Shown one piece after another: positions 10,152-23,816 of a stretch of 64,000 nucleotides of DNA. A program made the translations under genes and the position numbers. The DNA is from Magallana gigas (lineage: Eukaryota): the NCBI RefSeq assembly GCF_963853765.1, contig NC_088862.1:28024001-28088000 (forward strand). The letters run 5' to 3'. The first letter of the stretch is position 1. Each line of letters starts with the position of its first letter. Under the pieces are notes generated by a model that was not told the origin of the DNA, did no database searches, and saw only the letters and a list, made by a program, of their open reading frames with translations.

Positions 10152-12626
10152 CTTGGTAAAAGACGTAAACACACGCCTAGATGTTGGAACGAGTAAAAGA
10201 GTCAAAAATACTGACCTGAAAGTCCCGAAAGACGAATGAATACTGTATCCAGATAGATAGTATCTAAGTATAACTCAAATTCCACCCATGCACAAGCATG
10301 AAAATAAAATTAAAGCTCTGTCTTGAACGATCAAAAATATCGGTGCAGCTTCCCCTAGCATAAACAAAGAATGTAAAAATAGCCCCAGAGAGTGCGGCTT
10401 TCTGATTGGCTGATCGGTCATAGAATTTGCATACGGTAATAGAAAACCTTACGACCGGATAAAAACGGTGATGTACAACAAACAACTACGCAAGTCCTTA
10501 AAAAATGTTACACAAGTATAAATAACATGGTATGTAATTAAAAACAATAAGATATAACAATTAATAAATCAAGGATTAACATAAATTGCTTTATTTACAA
10601 AATAAACCCTATTTATACGTCAATATCTTTTATAATTATCCTCGTGCGAAAACTACTAACCATATATTATCTGATCATCAGACTTCGAAACTAACAAACC
10701 AAGACGGAAGTTCTACTAGCAGAAGAAAGAACTGATTTCGAAAAACTTAGATATAAATTATCAAAACTTTATCATGTCCTTTTTTTGAATATGATGCGAG
10801 TTTCTGTGTATCAATTGACATTTAACACGGCGAAAAGGCCTTTTAAGGAAAATATGTTCAAAGGTAGTGAGAAGGAATCTGACGTTATAATATTATAATT
10901 GATTATAATAAGAGAATGCTAAATCCGTACTAAAATTGTGAAAGTCACATTTGCCTTTAGAGAATCTGTAATGCTCTTTTTAATGACATTAAAAGATAAT
11001 CGATATCAATGTATGTATCTATGTAATTGAAATTTAATTTCTTTTTTTTTTAATAAACAATGATAGGGTGGTTTTTAGTATTTGACTTTACCATTGAAAT
11101 AGTTATAAACTGTGGTTATACACTGTGATGGCATCGTCCATAATGCATGGAGAAAGCAAAACAATTGAAATTGATGCATTCACAAATTAAAACACCAGAT
11201 ACCAAATTCAAAATGGAAGGTGCTTTTATGTTTTGATGAAACACCATTTATATATAAAGCATTATTTTTTTTAAGTTTATCCGTTTTAAGTATATGTTTG
11301 AATCCCTCCTGGATAAACTTTATGAAATAATAAAATACTTATCACATCACTAATTAAAAAAATAAGTCCAGTTTATAAATTTATCCTGTCCGTTTGAGTC
11401 AGTGATTGAGTTTGAATTTTGTATCTGGTGTAATGTTAATGCATCAATTTCAATTATTGTGGGTACTCCAAAATTCAAAATCAATCACTGACTGAAACGG
11501 ACAGGATAAACTCTACAAATAATGATTAATATTTAAATGGTGTTCCGTCAAAATATTGATACACTCATTTAGTTTCTGTTTCCTGTAATTTCCATGTTTA
11601 TTAGAATAAAGGTTATAAAATATACAGGTACAAGGTGGTCTTAGCAGAATTATTTTGCGGAAGACAGTGAAAGCATTTTTTAAAAAATTGATACTTTTTT
11701 TAAAAATCGGCCAAAAAAGAAATTTTTGACAAAATGTGTCATCCGTAACATTCGTTTCGTGCGAAATTTTTTGTGGCGTCAGCAAATCCGCAAGCTACAT
11801 TAACTTTTGGACTATAGCGTATCATACCTTCGGGGTTTGACGCAGACCATCGGATGTTGGCGCGACCATCACACTTTGGAGTCTTAGATATGTTTTAACA
11901 TTCGATTATGCAAATGAATTATTTGGCTATCACTGATCACTAAGTTTTTCCTCATATGGTGGAATTTTGGCGATACATACCACGTGATACTAAACTAGTT
12001 GTGTCCGATTTGGTTTCATTTTTATATACATATTCCCCATTGTACTCAAGCCCACATGTCCTTTTGTTTTTTTATTTATCAAAGGGGAAAGGTCCTAAAC
12101 CAAAACAAAATACGCAATTAAGTCAATAGAATCGTCGATTATTCGTCATTAATTACAAAATAAAACACAATGGAAGTTCACTCCATTAATCAGAATCTGT
12201 AAAAAAAAAAAACAACTCTTATACAGTAACTATCAACATGTTATATATTTTTTTAAAGATTCATTGATTAAAAGAGCAGTGACATTTTTTATATATTACA
12301 TGTATTATACAGAGTTACATTTTACTGCATGATACTTTTGAACTGTTTTGTCATTTATTTCATATAAATAAAGTTATTTCATGAATGAAGTTCCAAGGAT
12401 ATCGATCAAATAGTTCCGCAACGGGATTCATGGTAAAAGTCGGATTGTATAAACATGCGTTTTCAATTAACTATTAATTTTCATAAACGTTTCGCCACTA
12501 TTTGCAATGTTTCTATTCGATCGGATAATTTATTGAACACGGAACAATTAAAACGGACAAAAATACATTCTGAAAGTTCCAGACTTGAGTTTGAGTGTCT
12601 TTTAAAAACGCATACGTTTGAATACC

Positions 12627-15130
12627 ATGAAAAAAATAGTGACTGGATGCGTTGTTTTTATGATACTGTTTGGGTCTTTTCAAGCCAGACTTACGAAGAC
12701 TTGTGATGGGTAAGTAAACTATGAAGCATAACATTTCTGGTTTTGCTAATTTTTGTCTGTTATCATAATTATAGAAAAACTTTTCTTGTAGAATTAACGG
12801 AACATCATGTTGCATGGGGTTCAAGTGGGATCTTACAGAAAAAAAAATGTTTACGTAAATATAAGAACTAAACTATTTAATCGTGTAAATGGCATATCAA
12901 ATATGTTTCTTTTCATGTGCTAATATTTTATTCAAGCATTACAAAAGGTTGAATGTTTCAATTTAAAATACCAACTATGGGCATTAAATGAACTTTCAAC
13001 ATTATTAACAAAATTAAATGTATAAAGATTTCCGGGCATTAAATTTTATAAGAACTATCGCTTATAAGGTAACACTTAAATCACTTTAGTTTCTGTTAAT
13101 AAACAATAGTGTACACATGTATAATATCTAAGGTACTTAGTAAAGCTCCATCTTATAGGTTAGTTGATAGAACGCATCAAACTGAAAACATCATATTCAT
13201 TATTCAATACTTATATCTTTAGCTTGTGCCAAGGGGTATTGGGGATTAAGTTGTGAAAGCAAGTGCCCATTTCCTTCTTATGGGTTTAGATGTCAGTCAC
13301 ATTGTACCTGTATTGACAAAGACTGTGATCCTGCCAATGGCTGTAGACATTTGTCACGAGGTACATATGCTTCAAACTACAGCATATCAAGTATGCAATT
13401 TGCGTCTTTTATACAATTTCATGTAAAATGTTGTAGACATCACTTCTTCAGGGGATCCGAACACTTCTTTAATAGGCTTGGACTACAAGATTGTTACAAC
13501 AGAAGTTTTGAATCCCAAAGTCCAAACCTCTGAACGTAAATATGATTTCAATCAAACGTCCATGAGAACAAGTATTTCTCTACTAACATATCCTTGTAGA
13601 TTATACTCATATTTGAGAGAATTTCGGAAATTTTCCAGATGTACTATCAAGTTACAACAACATTTTAATAGTAAATTCTAAAAATACTTATGTCTAGACT
13701 TACATAAAAAAAACTAGTTTAAGCGTAGAAATATTTTGGTACGTTACATGAATGTCATTTTGGAATAGCTCTTTTGGAAAATGCAGTTTAATGTTGGTAA
13801 AAATTCGAAATACACCATTTTAAAAGAAAAAAAAATATGATGAAATAAATAGCTTTATCTCTGTTATCTTTCAAAACCGCGGCGCAATATTTTTTTGTAA
13901 ACTTGGCAGATGACAGAATAAGTATTAGTAACATATATTGTGCTGTATTTTGTTTACCTATCGATATCAATAAAACATTTCGGTCATTGTTGTGTACAAA
14001 ACAATATGTATTTAGCGTGTAAAAAGGGATATAATGGAACAAACTGCAGGCAAAAATGTCCCTTTCCTTCGTACGGACTTGGCTGTCAGAGAAAATGCAA
14101 CTGTATTGACAAAGTATGTGACCATATCAACGGATGTGTGCACCAAACTAGATATACATTTGTTATCAAAGATAATATTTTTTTTAATCATTTCAAACTT
14201 AAATGACTAAGAATCAAGCAAAATCCGTTTGTAGAAGATTGTATTTATAAATTTTAAAGATAGAATATAAAAATGATTCTGAATTTAATAATCAAACACA
14301 AAAAAATCCGTTTTTTAAAATTAATTTTGTCTTTTTATACTGTTTGCTTAGTTTTGAAATCAATTATGGGATCGGAATTAATGATTTGCATGATTTTTGA
14401 TTTAAATGTATGATAATAATATCCAATTAATGATTGAGTTAAGAGGAGAAACGAGTATCACTTTTTTTTTAAACGATAAAACAAAGTTGTACAAGCAACA
14501 TTTTACCTCAGGTTTTCTAAAACTAAGTCACGATGTGACAGTTACCAATATATTTTGAAAATAATCAATATTGTGTGGAACTATTTTTATAGGATATAAT
14601 TTTTAAAGACATTGCTTTGTTTCTTTTTCACACTTTACATCTTTTACTGACAAAAAACAAATATTAGGTTTATTACTTTTAAAATAATCACTTATTTATG
14701 TTGAGTTAATTAATCAAACCAGGATTGTTTAACAAGAGAAAATATAATTTAAGTTTTATTTATTGTTTTTCTTTCTATACTACCCCAGTCCTTCCATGAG
14801 CCTTAAACGCCAGATCGTAACAGCTTACATTTTCAAGTCTGAAGTCAATACCTTTGAAAGTAAAAATGTATTTTAGCTAAAATAAGACTTATTTAATTGA
14901 TGGATGGATGGATGGATGGATAATTCATAAAAAGGAAGTATTTCATATAAAAGAAATTAAATAACAATCAACTTATATTCACAGATAGCAAATCATATAT
15001 TGATAAAACAACTACCTGTACGACGTCGAATCAACCTGCTGAACCGAATAAATCTCTTATGTTTGCACTCATCGGACTATTTATTGTTGCTTTGATCATA
15101 TTCTTATTTATTCTCATGCTTGACTTATAG
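12627..15130 (+). pseudogene. Gene B: two-EGF receptor paralog, disrupted
   Basis: Exons 12627-12709, 12792-12854 (63 nt vs normal 62; A9 run), 13223-13360, 13452-13535, 14016-14171 (donor GT>AT), 14779-14859 (acceptor AG>AT), 14985-15130. Direct duplicate of gene E. Confidence 0.8.
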
Positions 15131-15773
15131 CGAAACATTCGCTATGATATCAAAATTTATATAACCTAGCTACATGCATTGTGCATCTTTTGCGTATTAA
15201 AAGAAATATCTCTTCTATTTCAATTATCTTTCATTTTCAAGTTTAAAAAGTTAAAGCTGCATAAATCGTACGACGTAGACACTTTTAAATAAGAAAACAA
15301 TCTTATATTAAAATGCGTCACCATCTAGTCGCATATAGAATAATTTTTAAGGCTATTACCTTAAATGAAAGATTCAGTTTAAAAAAAAATAAACAACATT
15401 GTGGCCGAATTTTATCAAAACTCAGTCCAAACAACCTATCAAATTTGTAACATGCGCGTATATTTTGAGCTTTTGGTTCGCCGTAGAATTCGCGTCATCT
15501 CTAATTTAAAGCAATTTAATTTTTCTTAAATTAAGACATTCAGTAAAATAAAAGAAACAGTGCCTGTTTGGGAGGGTAACCATTGTCAACCTCTGCTTCG
15601 CGTCGATAATGTGATTTAATAATTTTGGTTTGCAAGATGGCAATCAAAATTAATTACATGTAATTCATACATTTTTTTATGGACACGGAACAAACAAACA
15701 GGGAAATAAATCAATTCGAAGGGTTTCAGATAGAGAACTCGTGTTTCATTTCAAGCAAATGCATAGGTACAAA

Positions 15774-18700
15774 ATGGAAAATATAGTGACCTTTAGTATT
15801 GCATATATCACACTGTCTGAGTCTTTTCAAACTATGCCTGAAGGAATTTGTGAAGGGTAAGTAAAACTGTATCGCTTGAACTGTCGATAATTGAGAGGAT
15901 TGCCTTTATTCTACAATAATAAACTGTAACCACTGTTATTGCAGAATAAATGGAACTTCATGTTGTTTCGGATTCAAGTGGGACCTTGCACAAAAGAAGT
16001 GTATAGGTAAATATACGACATTCAAAACTTTCCCATCTAAAATAATGCTTTTTGGTGCAAATAATTTATAAACACAAATCTAATCAAAAGGTTGAATGTT
16101 ACAATTTGAGAGGCGAAAACTGAAAATACTTATACATATTTTTGAATAGATATTCGACTTTCTCAGACTCTTTATCATGAAATAAAAGGTAAAAATTCTT
16201 AAAAAGGTTAAAAAAGGGTGAAAATACGAGTAGCTCAAGTATATCGTTAATTAACTTGTTTATACTGTAACTAACTTCACTTTTTGTTGACTAGCCCGAT
16301 TGAATAATGATAATACTGATAATAGAAAAATGTGGCCCAACCGTATAATTACATGTGATATGGCTACATGTAATACGCCACAAATCGAATCATTTTTCAT
16401 TATTTTTTGTCAAGCATGTGGCAAGGGACATACGGGGTTTAACTGTGAAATAAAGTGCCCATATCCATTGTATGGAGAAGACTGTCAAATGAGATGTGAC
16501 TGTATTGACGAAGTCTGTGATCCTGTCAATGGATGTAATCAATGGCTGTCAACAGGTATCGATATGATTTTAATTTCATTATATCTAATATGCCAATTTT
16601 AGCTATTTACAAACACACAGCTGTATGTTAAGTTTTGTATACATCACTTATTTCAGAGTATCCAACGACTCATTTAAAAGAATTCGACTACAAGATGGTT
16701 ACAACAAAACTATTGGAATCTAAAGTCAGCATTTCTGAAAGTAAATTAATTTTTAGATCAAATCAATGTAATTAAAAGAATGTGTATGCAGTAATTAGTA
16801 TTTGCTCTTTACAAAAACATCTGGCAGAAAAATACGCTTTCATTCATATAAAAGAGCCAGCAGGTTTAGATATAAAGTATTTCCGCTTAAAATGTTCAAT
16901 TATAATTTAGAATGACTTTTTTGTGTATACATGTATTATATGTTTGTGAAATGCTCAGTGCGGAAATGTTAAATTATTAAGACTTTGAACACGAATCGAC
17001 TAAAACTTCCTAGAAACTCTCAAATACTTTCAATTGGCCCCTTTCACAACAGAACAGTGCAATCTAATTATTTGAATCACATGTGGGTACGGTAACAGTT
17101 ATTTACTGTAATATTTTGCTCTGTTTAAAAGTGATGTTTAAAATCTTTACAAAAAATAAAATTTACAATTTATTTCAACAAGAATACCTATTAATTAAGA
17201 ATCTATTAATAATTATCTGTTTAGACTTTCTCAAGGGTATTTGTGACGTCATAAACAGTGCATTTTTTCGTACTTTTCTCAAAATCTAAACTGAGTAGAA
17301 GACACAAAATGTTCAGTGTCATTGTGAATAGAAAACGATGACCGCAGCCGTCGCCCACTATGAAACATATTATCACTTTATCATGTCATTTTACAAAAAA
17401 GTATTTTTGTTTCGTAGTAGGCAACAGTTTCGAACACTTCCCCTTCATAAAAATATGAGAAAATATGCCATTATTTATCATTTTTGACTACATCTTAGAA
17501 AAATTTCAAAATTTTAAATTCAATTTTTTGTGTGTGTAAAATATGATAAAAGTGCTGAACTTGGCACTTTGTATGATCGTTTTTCATATATTATGTGTGA
17601 CTTTTCATCAGATTTAATGAACTTTTTAAAGGGCAAATATTGAAAGACACTTCACCTTCTTTTAGATATTTTACATCATGATTTTTAAACAAACAATAAA
17701 CTATTACTTCGTAAACACAGTTTGATCTCTGAGCATATATATGAAGACTCAAACCATACTTAAGGAAGGAGTCTTCTCGTCATTAAACATACTTTTTTAT
17801 AATAAGATATTCATGAAATTTTGACACAGTCAAACGGATCATATTACAAAATGATTCTATCAGTTTATTCAAATTTGACCTTTTTGTTTTTGCATAAAGG
17901 TCAGGTCAAAGTCATTACATTTTTCCTCAACGTAAAAGATGATAAAAAAAAATGTAGCTCTTTGTAGTTCTGTAGACATCTATTTAAGATTTGAAGATTC
18001 TATTCTTCAATGAAATGAAAGAACATCAGAATGTCATAATGTCATCAGATTATACTACTAAATTGGAATAAATAGTTATGCTAAAATTGATATTGCTTAG
18101 CCCGCATTTCTTCTAGTTTTCTTAAATTTTGAAGTTTTGATTATTTTTTATGAATCCAATAATAAAATATTTCTGATTTTTATGTATTATGAAGACTTTA
18201 TATAAAGATATAAATTGACAGAAAAACTGGTATATTGACCATCACAAAAATCAATGTATAGAATAGGATCTATAAAACACTTTAAAAAGGTAATTTGATA
18301 GGCAAATTATATTTTAAAAACATATATTTAAACCCAAGTACCTATTATTAGTTCACATTGGTAAAAAAATCAAACATTAATGTTATTGTTTTTAAAATGC
18401 TAAAACAGACTCATTAATTGCAGCAATCCTCAATTGCAAAACATGTGATATTTTCCTTCGCCAATATTACGCCGGCCAAAAATATAGTCCTTGTTAGATT
18501 CTTAAAATTGATTAGTTTCTCTATGCCAAGTTGTATGATAATAAATAAGAAAGAAAAATATACTTTTTTTCATTTTCTTTGATATTCATTTAATGAACAA
18601 TTAATCAAATTTACGTTTGACAAGTCGAAAACCAGAAAAGACTTCTTTCTTAAAAAAACAAACAGAAGCACGGCGTCCAAGTTAAGACAGCAACTAGTGG

Positions 18701-19285
18701 CGTCTGCTTAAAAAATGAATAAAACTGCAACACAGTTATGGAAACATGCGAATTATTTATGCAAACATGCGGCAGATAAGTTAACATGTGACTCATATCT
18801 TCCATCATACAAGATGGTTTTGTTGACATGAAAACTTCTTTTAAATCATATGGGCATTATCATTTGTAATATGAATCATACTGAAATAGATAATTTACCT
18901 GTCAATACTGTTATTTTGCATGTTGACAAAAAGGTTGCTTGTTAATAAAATTATAATGCATTTTGACATAACTTTATCATATTTAACTCACATGTAGATA
19001 TAAAGAAGTCAAAGTCAACACGAATATGTTACAAGAATAATGTCCGGTTATTACGATATATTCATCAGGAAAATTTGTATCATATTAATAACATTTATAG
19101 TTTTCTGACATGTGGACAATTATCTTGGATATCGATGTTGACATGACTTTTTGCTTATTGTATATATTTCTCTAACGTTAGGTTGGTCACTAAAACCGTC
19201 ATTGCAGTTTTGTATTTTATGTTTAATAGACCGCTTAACTTCAAAAGATCTCCAAACAGAGAAAAACATACAAAGCAAACATACG

Positions 19286-19323
<38 letters not shown>

Positions 19324-19572
19324 AACCCATTTTAATTTATAAATGATTAATTAAAAATGACTTAAATTATATCTTTATTTGCAGACTATCCTGATAACAC
19401 ACCACACAATGACGGAACAACAACATGTAAGACTTCGAACCAAGAACGTGAAAAGATTAATTTTCTTACATTTGCACTCATTGGACTTTTAATTGTTGCT
19501 TTTATAATAATTGTTGCCTACTTTTACACGCGGTTGTTAGTAAAACGTTTTAAAGTAACTAGGATTGTATAA
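15774..19572 (+). CDS. Gene C: small EGF-like single-pass membrane protein (MEGF10/Draper-like module)
   Basis: Exons 15774-15856, 15945-16006 (INGTSCCFGFKWDLAQKKCI), 16415-16555 (8-Cys EGF), 16657-16740, 19385-19572 (TM FALIGLLIVAFIIIVAYFY). All GT-AG and in frame. Confidence 0.85.
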
Positions 19573-21886
19573 TTAGCATGCTGTTAACATGCGAATGCAT
19601 TATCTATCCTTAAGTATCTGATATTTTTTTCAAATGCATATGCCGTTTTACAGCATCAAACTTAGGTTAAAAAATGTTTATGCTAATCAGCTGCTGGTTT
19701 TTTTTTTTTTTTTTTTTTTTTTTGGGGGGGGGGGGGGGCATTTCTGTCAAATAACTTTATCATACAAACCATATACCTAAGAAAGTTATAGACTTTCACC
19801 TATAATAAATCAACAAAATCTGTGTCTTGGAGGGAAAATACAAATATAATAAAATAAAGTTTATTGTAACTACCATGTTCATAAAAAGGTATCGGTTGAA
19901 TACGTCCCCTAACTGCTTGGGGTTATTCATCCTGCATATTATACATTGGTTCAAGGGAAAACAAACAACAGATAACATGCAAACAAAAGTAACACAGGTT
20001 ATTAATCAATGCTTATTTTCTAAAGCTTTCAAATGTCGAATCAATAATGCAATTATACCGGCATCGACATCGGCATAAGTCGTCAAGGGACAAAATCACG
20101 CGTTACCGTGTTTTGTAAATTTAAAAAGACAATCTTTGTACCTTATTTAAGCATAAAAGAGTCACTCAAAATATCGGGAAAATACTGCTTTGCCATACAT
20201 TTAAACCTGGTAAATACACAGTTTCGCTAACAAAAACTTCCATCTAAAAATTGGATCAAGAAGCTTAACACAGAAAAAAAACATTTGGCAGAAAGAATAA
20301 AATGATATTCAATGATTGTGTCATTGAGTTTAGTTGATAATGTCGTTCATGAAAAGAAAACCCCCAAAATATATTCCATATATATACAAGAATCAAATCA
20401 ACAATATCTATCCAATGAAATATATATATATATATATACACACTGCCAATAACTGTACTTTACTGTAGTATATTTGAGTTAATTTTTGACAAGCTGTATT
20501 CGAAGCAAACTCAAATTGTTTTTAATATTCGATGTTTTAAAATATCGATAGGTAACTTTCATTTGATTTTTATTATATGTCCATACATGTAATATTATTT
20601 GGCAGTGATTGAAACATATTTGAAGACAGAGAAATCATCTACTAAACAATTCTTATATATGTACACATACTTTTCTGTAAATTAAGAAGTCCCATTTATT
20701 TCCTCTACCTCCTAGTATTAACGGGGACAACTTTAAATAAAATGATTGTGTCCTTGAAATTAAACAAGGAAACATAATTCAAGGATAAAACAAATAAAAC
20801 ATAAAATACCAGTCTACATGTATCTGTATTTTTGCATGTAATGCTATCAGAGCATTTCGGGTATGGGAGGAAATACGTTTAACAAATATGATAAAAAACG
20901 TGTCGTTTCCGTGTGCTTTGGAAGAGTTTTATAATGATAGCATAATAGTACCAAATAGTCTCATAAATCCTTTTCTGCAACACAGACAAATACTTAGCGC
21001 AACTTTTAAATTTCTTTGCACTTAAAATCATAGTCATAATATTTCACTGTTATATTGGATGTTTTTTTTTATTATGTCCAATGTTTTAGTATAATGTTCA
21101 AATATTGTCATCATACTATTGTGTATTACGTTTACTATTAAAGGACTGGGCGTCTGTTGGTGATCCATTACTAGTAGGATTTTCATAAAAAGACATTTAT
21201 ATTACACTATTTAGCCTTGCCACATAAAACCATTATTATATCTATTCAGAACTCTACATTTTAAAACTTTGTTCTTTAGTTGTGTGAGTTTCCGTTTTCA
21301 AGAATAGAATTGTCGATATGATAAACTGTATTCAAAACGTTATATACGTCGAGCTTATACTAGTTTATGATGAAAACAGCTGCTAGAAAAAAAAAACATG
21401 ACAACTGCTAGGACATTTATATTTTCAAATACATTGTACTTAACAGAAACCATAATATTTTTTATATTATTATGGACAAATAAATGTTAGATTTTTATTT
21501 TGTTATGTGATTGTCATATGCATGCAAAATTTGTAGCATTTATCTTTTGGGGTAATGGGATTGGAAAACTCAACTGTTATATTAGATGTCTGCCATTTAC
21601 TGGTACGAAAGGGACGTGAATAATTATATCTATTGTTTTCAATACGAACATGACATGATAAAGCCTCGCTGTATTTGTTTGTTCAAAGTCTACTGGTATT
21701 TGTCATAATGAGTTCCTGATCTTATCACCTGTCATAGCGACATTTGTTTTAGTTGCCCGTATTGTATTTCCTTTACAAAGAACAAGGATACAAACTCGCA
21801 AACAGTGAACTAATCCTATCTTTTTATTAAGTTCAGAATATTATTTCTGGTGGACTTATCGATGTTCAGTTGGCAAAGATATTAGA

Positions 21887-23816
21887 ATGATGTTTGGCAT
21901 TTGTTTTGTGATATTGTTTACAATGTTCAACGTTAATTCTATTCATTTGTGTGATGGGTAAGTAAAAATACTTTTGAGTATGTATTTGGTCACGATCATT
22001 TCTGGAATACTTGAATATTCACATGTCTATGAAATTGTTATTTGTAAACTTTACTTTAGTTGATTGGAATACTAGAATTGGTATCAGTCGAATAAAACAT
22101 TTTCCAGGTAATAAATTCTTTTTGAAAATTTCCATGAATTCCTTTTCACTTTTAAGAAATAAAATAGTCAAATTGGATAAGATAAAGGAATTATATTATA
22201 ATTTCGCATTTACAAATATGTTTAAAGCGATACATGTTAACACTAATTGAGAAAATGTTTTTTAGAGAGTTCGATCCCGATCAAATTTGTTTCACGCAAC
22301 CACTTATAAAATGTGCAATATTTTTTATTTGGAATTAAGGGAATCTCATGTTGTGAAGGATATATGCTGGATCCTATCTCAAACAAATGTATACGTAAGT
22401 TTTCATCAAAAGTGAATACATATAGTTTAAAACATCGGCATAGCAGAAAATGATTAAAAATTAATCAAACTTTACAAATGTCATGTATAGCCTGTGCCAA
22501 GGGTTTTTATGGAGCAGAATGTGATATCAAGTGCCCTTATCCAGCGTTTGGACAAGCCTGTCAGTCTGTTTGTGTCTGTAGTGTCGGATATTGTGACCAT
22601 GTCAACGGCTGTACGCAGTCTTTCGGAAGTATTATTCTTCATCACGTTTTTCTTACTATGTAATTTCATTATTTGCAGTAAATCTAATCATACTATAGTG
22701 TAATAGTCAACGATATAGTTACTAATCATGTTTCCCCAAAGAATTTGCGTTTTCTGTTTAATATATTTTTTCAGATTTAATAGATTGAGGATGTTTTTTG
22801 AAAGAGAGAAACCGATTACCTTTGTATAATTGATTATTATTTTTTTGCAGTGTATAACATTTATTCTACACTGCATTTGGACTACCAGGCTACTACAGCC
22901 GAGTTAGCCAATACATTCACTGAAATTAAAAGTAAGTATTGTTTTCGTTTTAAACTTTTTTAATGTAATTCGTTCATATTAATACTAAGTGTGTTAAAAT
23001 CCAATCATAACATTCATTAATTTTTTTTTTCTTTTAATGTTAGTTAACGTCTTTACGCTTTATTTATGTATTTTAAATATAATTCTGCAAGTATCTACAT
23101 TTATTATATAAAAAAAAATTTACAAGCAAAGTAAAGAAGTAAATTCTTAAACATTTCAATAGCTTGAAATGTACGTTGGCGCACTCAGATATATTAACAT
23201 AGCACTTTCACAAATAAACAAAAGCAATAGAAACAGGAAAAATCTATGGTGCTAGCTAATTTGATAATGAATTTATTATTTGGTATGTACAAAAAACAAA
23301 ATTATGTAGGAAACGCTGAAAGGGAATACATTAGCACATTCTTCCGCAACTGTTTCTATTTCCATTAATTGTAGCTTACAATGTACAGGTATCGTTAACA
23401 ATAAAATTTATTGCTTTAATTTTTATGCTCTGCGACTTTAAAATTGTACTAATGCATTGCATAGCGCCAACAAATGAATACCATTTTTTTTAGGATCACA
23501 ACAAAACATATCAAAAGTATTCAATATCTGTTATTTGTTTCAGGAACCCTTACATCTGTTTCGCTGCTTGAGAAAGTTTATTTCACTTTTTATAAATCGC
23601 TTTTGTATTCCATTTACAGATACAACAAATGCCAGGATAAAAAATGGTACGAATAAGAGCTCAATGGATTTTGTCCCAAGCAAAAAGAAATCTAAAAGGA
23701 TTTCTTTTTTAACATTTGCCCTAATTGGAATAACGGTCGTGTTTTTGTGCACATGGATGATATATCTTTACACCAGAGTGCTAGAAAAACGCCAAAAAGA
23801 CATCAACAAAGATTAG
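21887..23816 (+). CDS. Gene D: small EGF-like membrane protein; exon 2 acceptor is non-canonical
   Basis: Exons 21887-21957, 22333-22394 (ISCCEGYMLDPISNKCI; preceded by GG rather than AG), 22491-22628, 22851-22931, 23620-23816 (TM). Frames are open. Confidence 0.7.

Larger units (their letters stand above)
4289..10622 (-). mobile_element. Tyrosine-recombinase retrotransposon (DIRS/Ngaro class), apparently full length with several lesions
   Basis: Overlapping gag, RT/RH and YR ORFs. Boundaries (+/-3 nt) come from the paralogous empty site at ~24606-24632 (ccataactttactatcattataattatcc), which is split here as ccataacttta|...|atatcttttataattatcc. No clear TSD. Confidence 0.93.
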
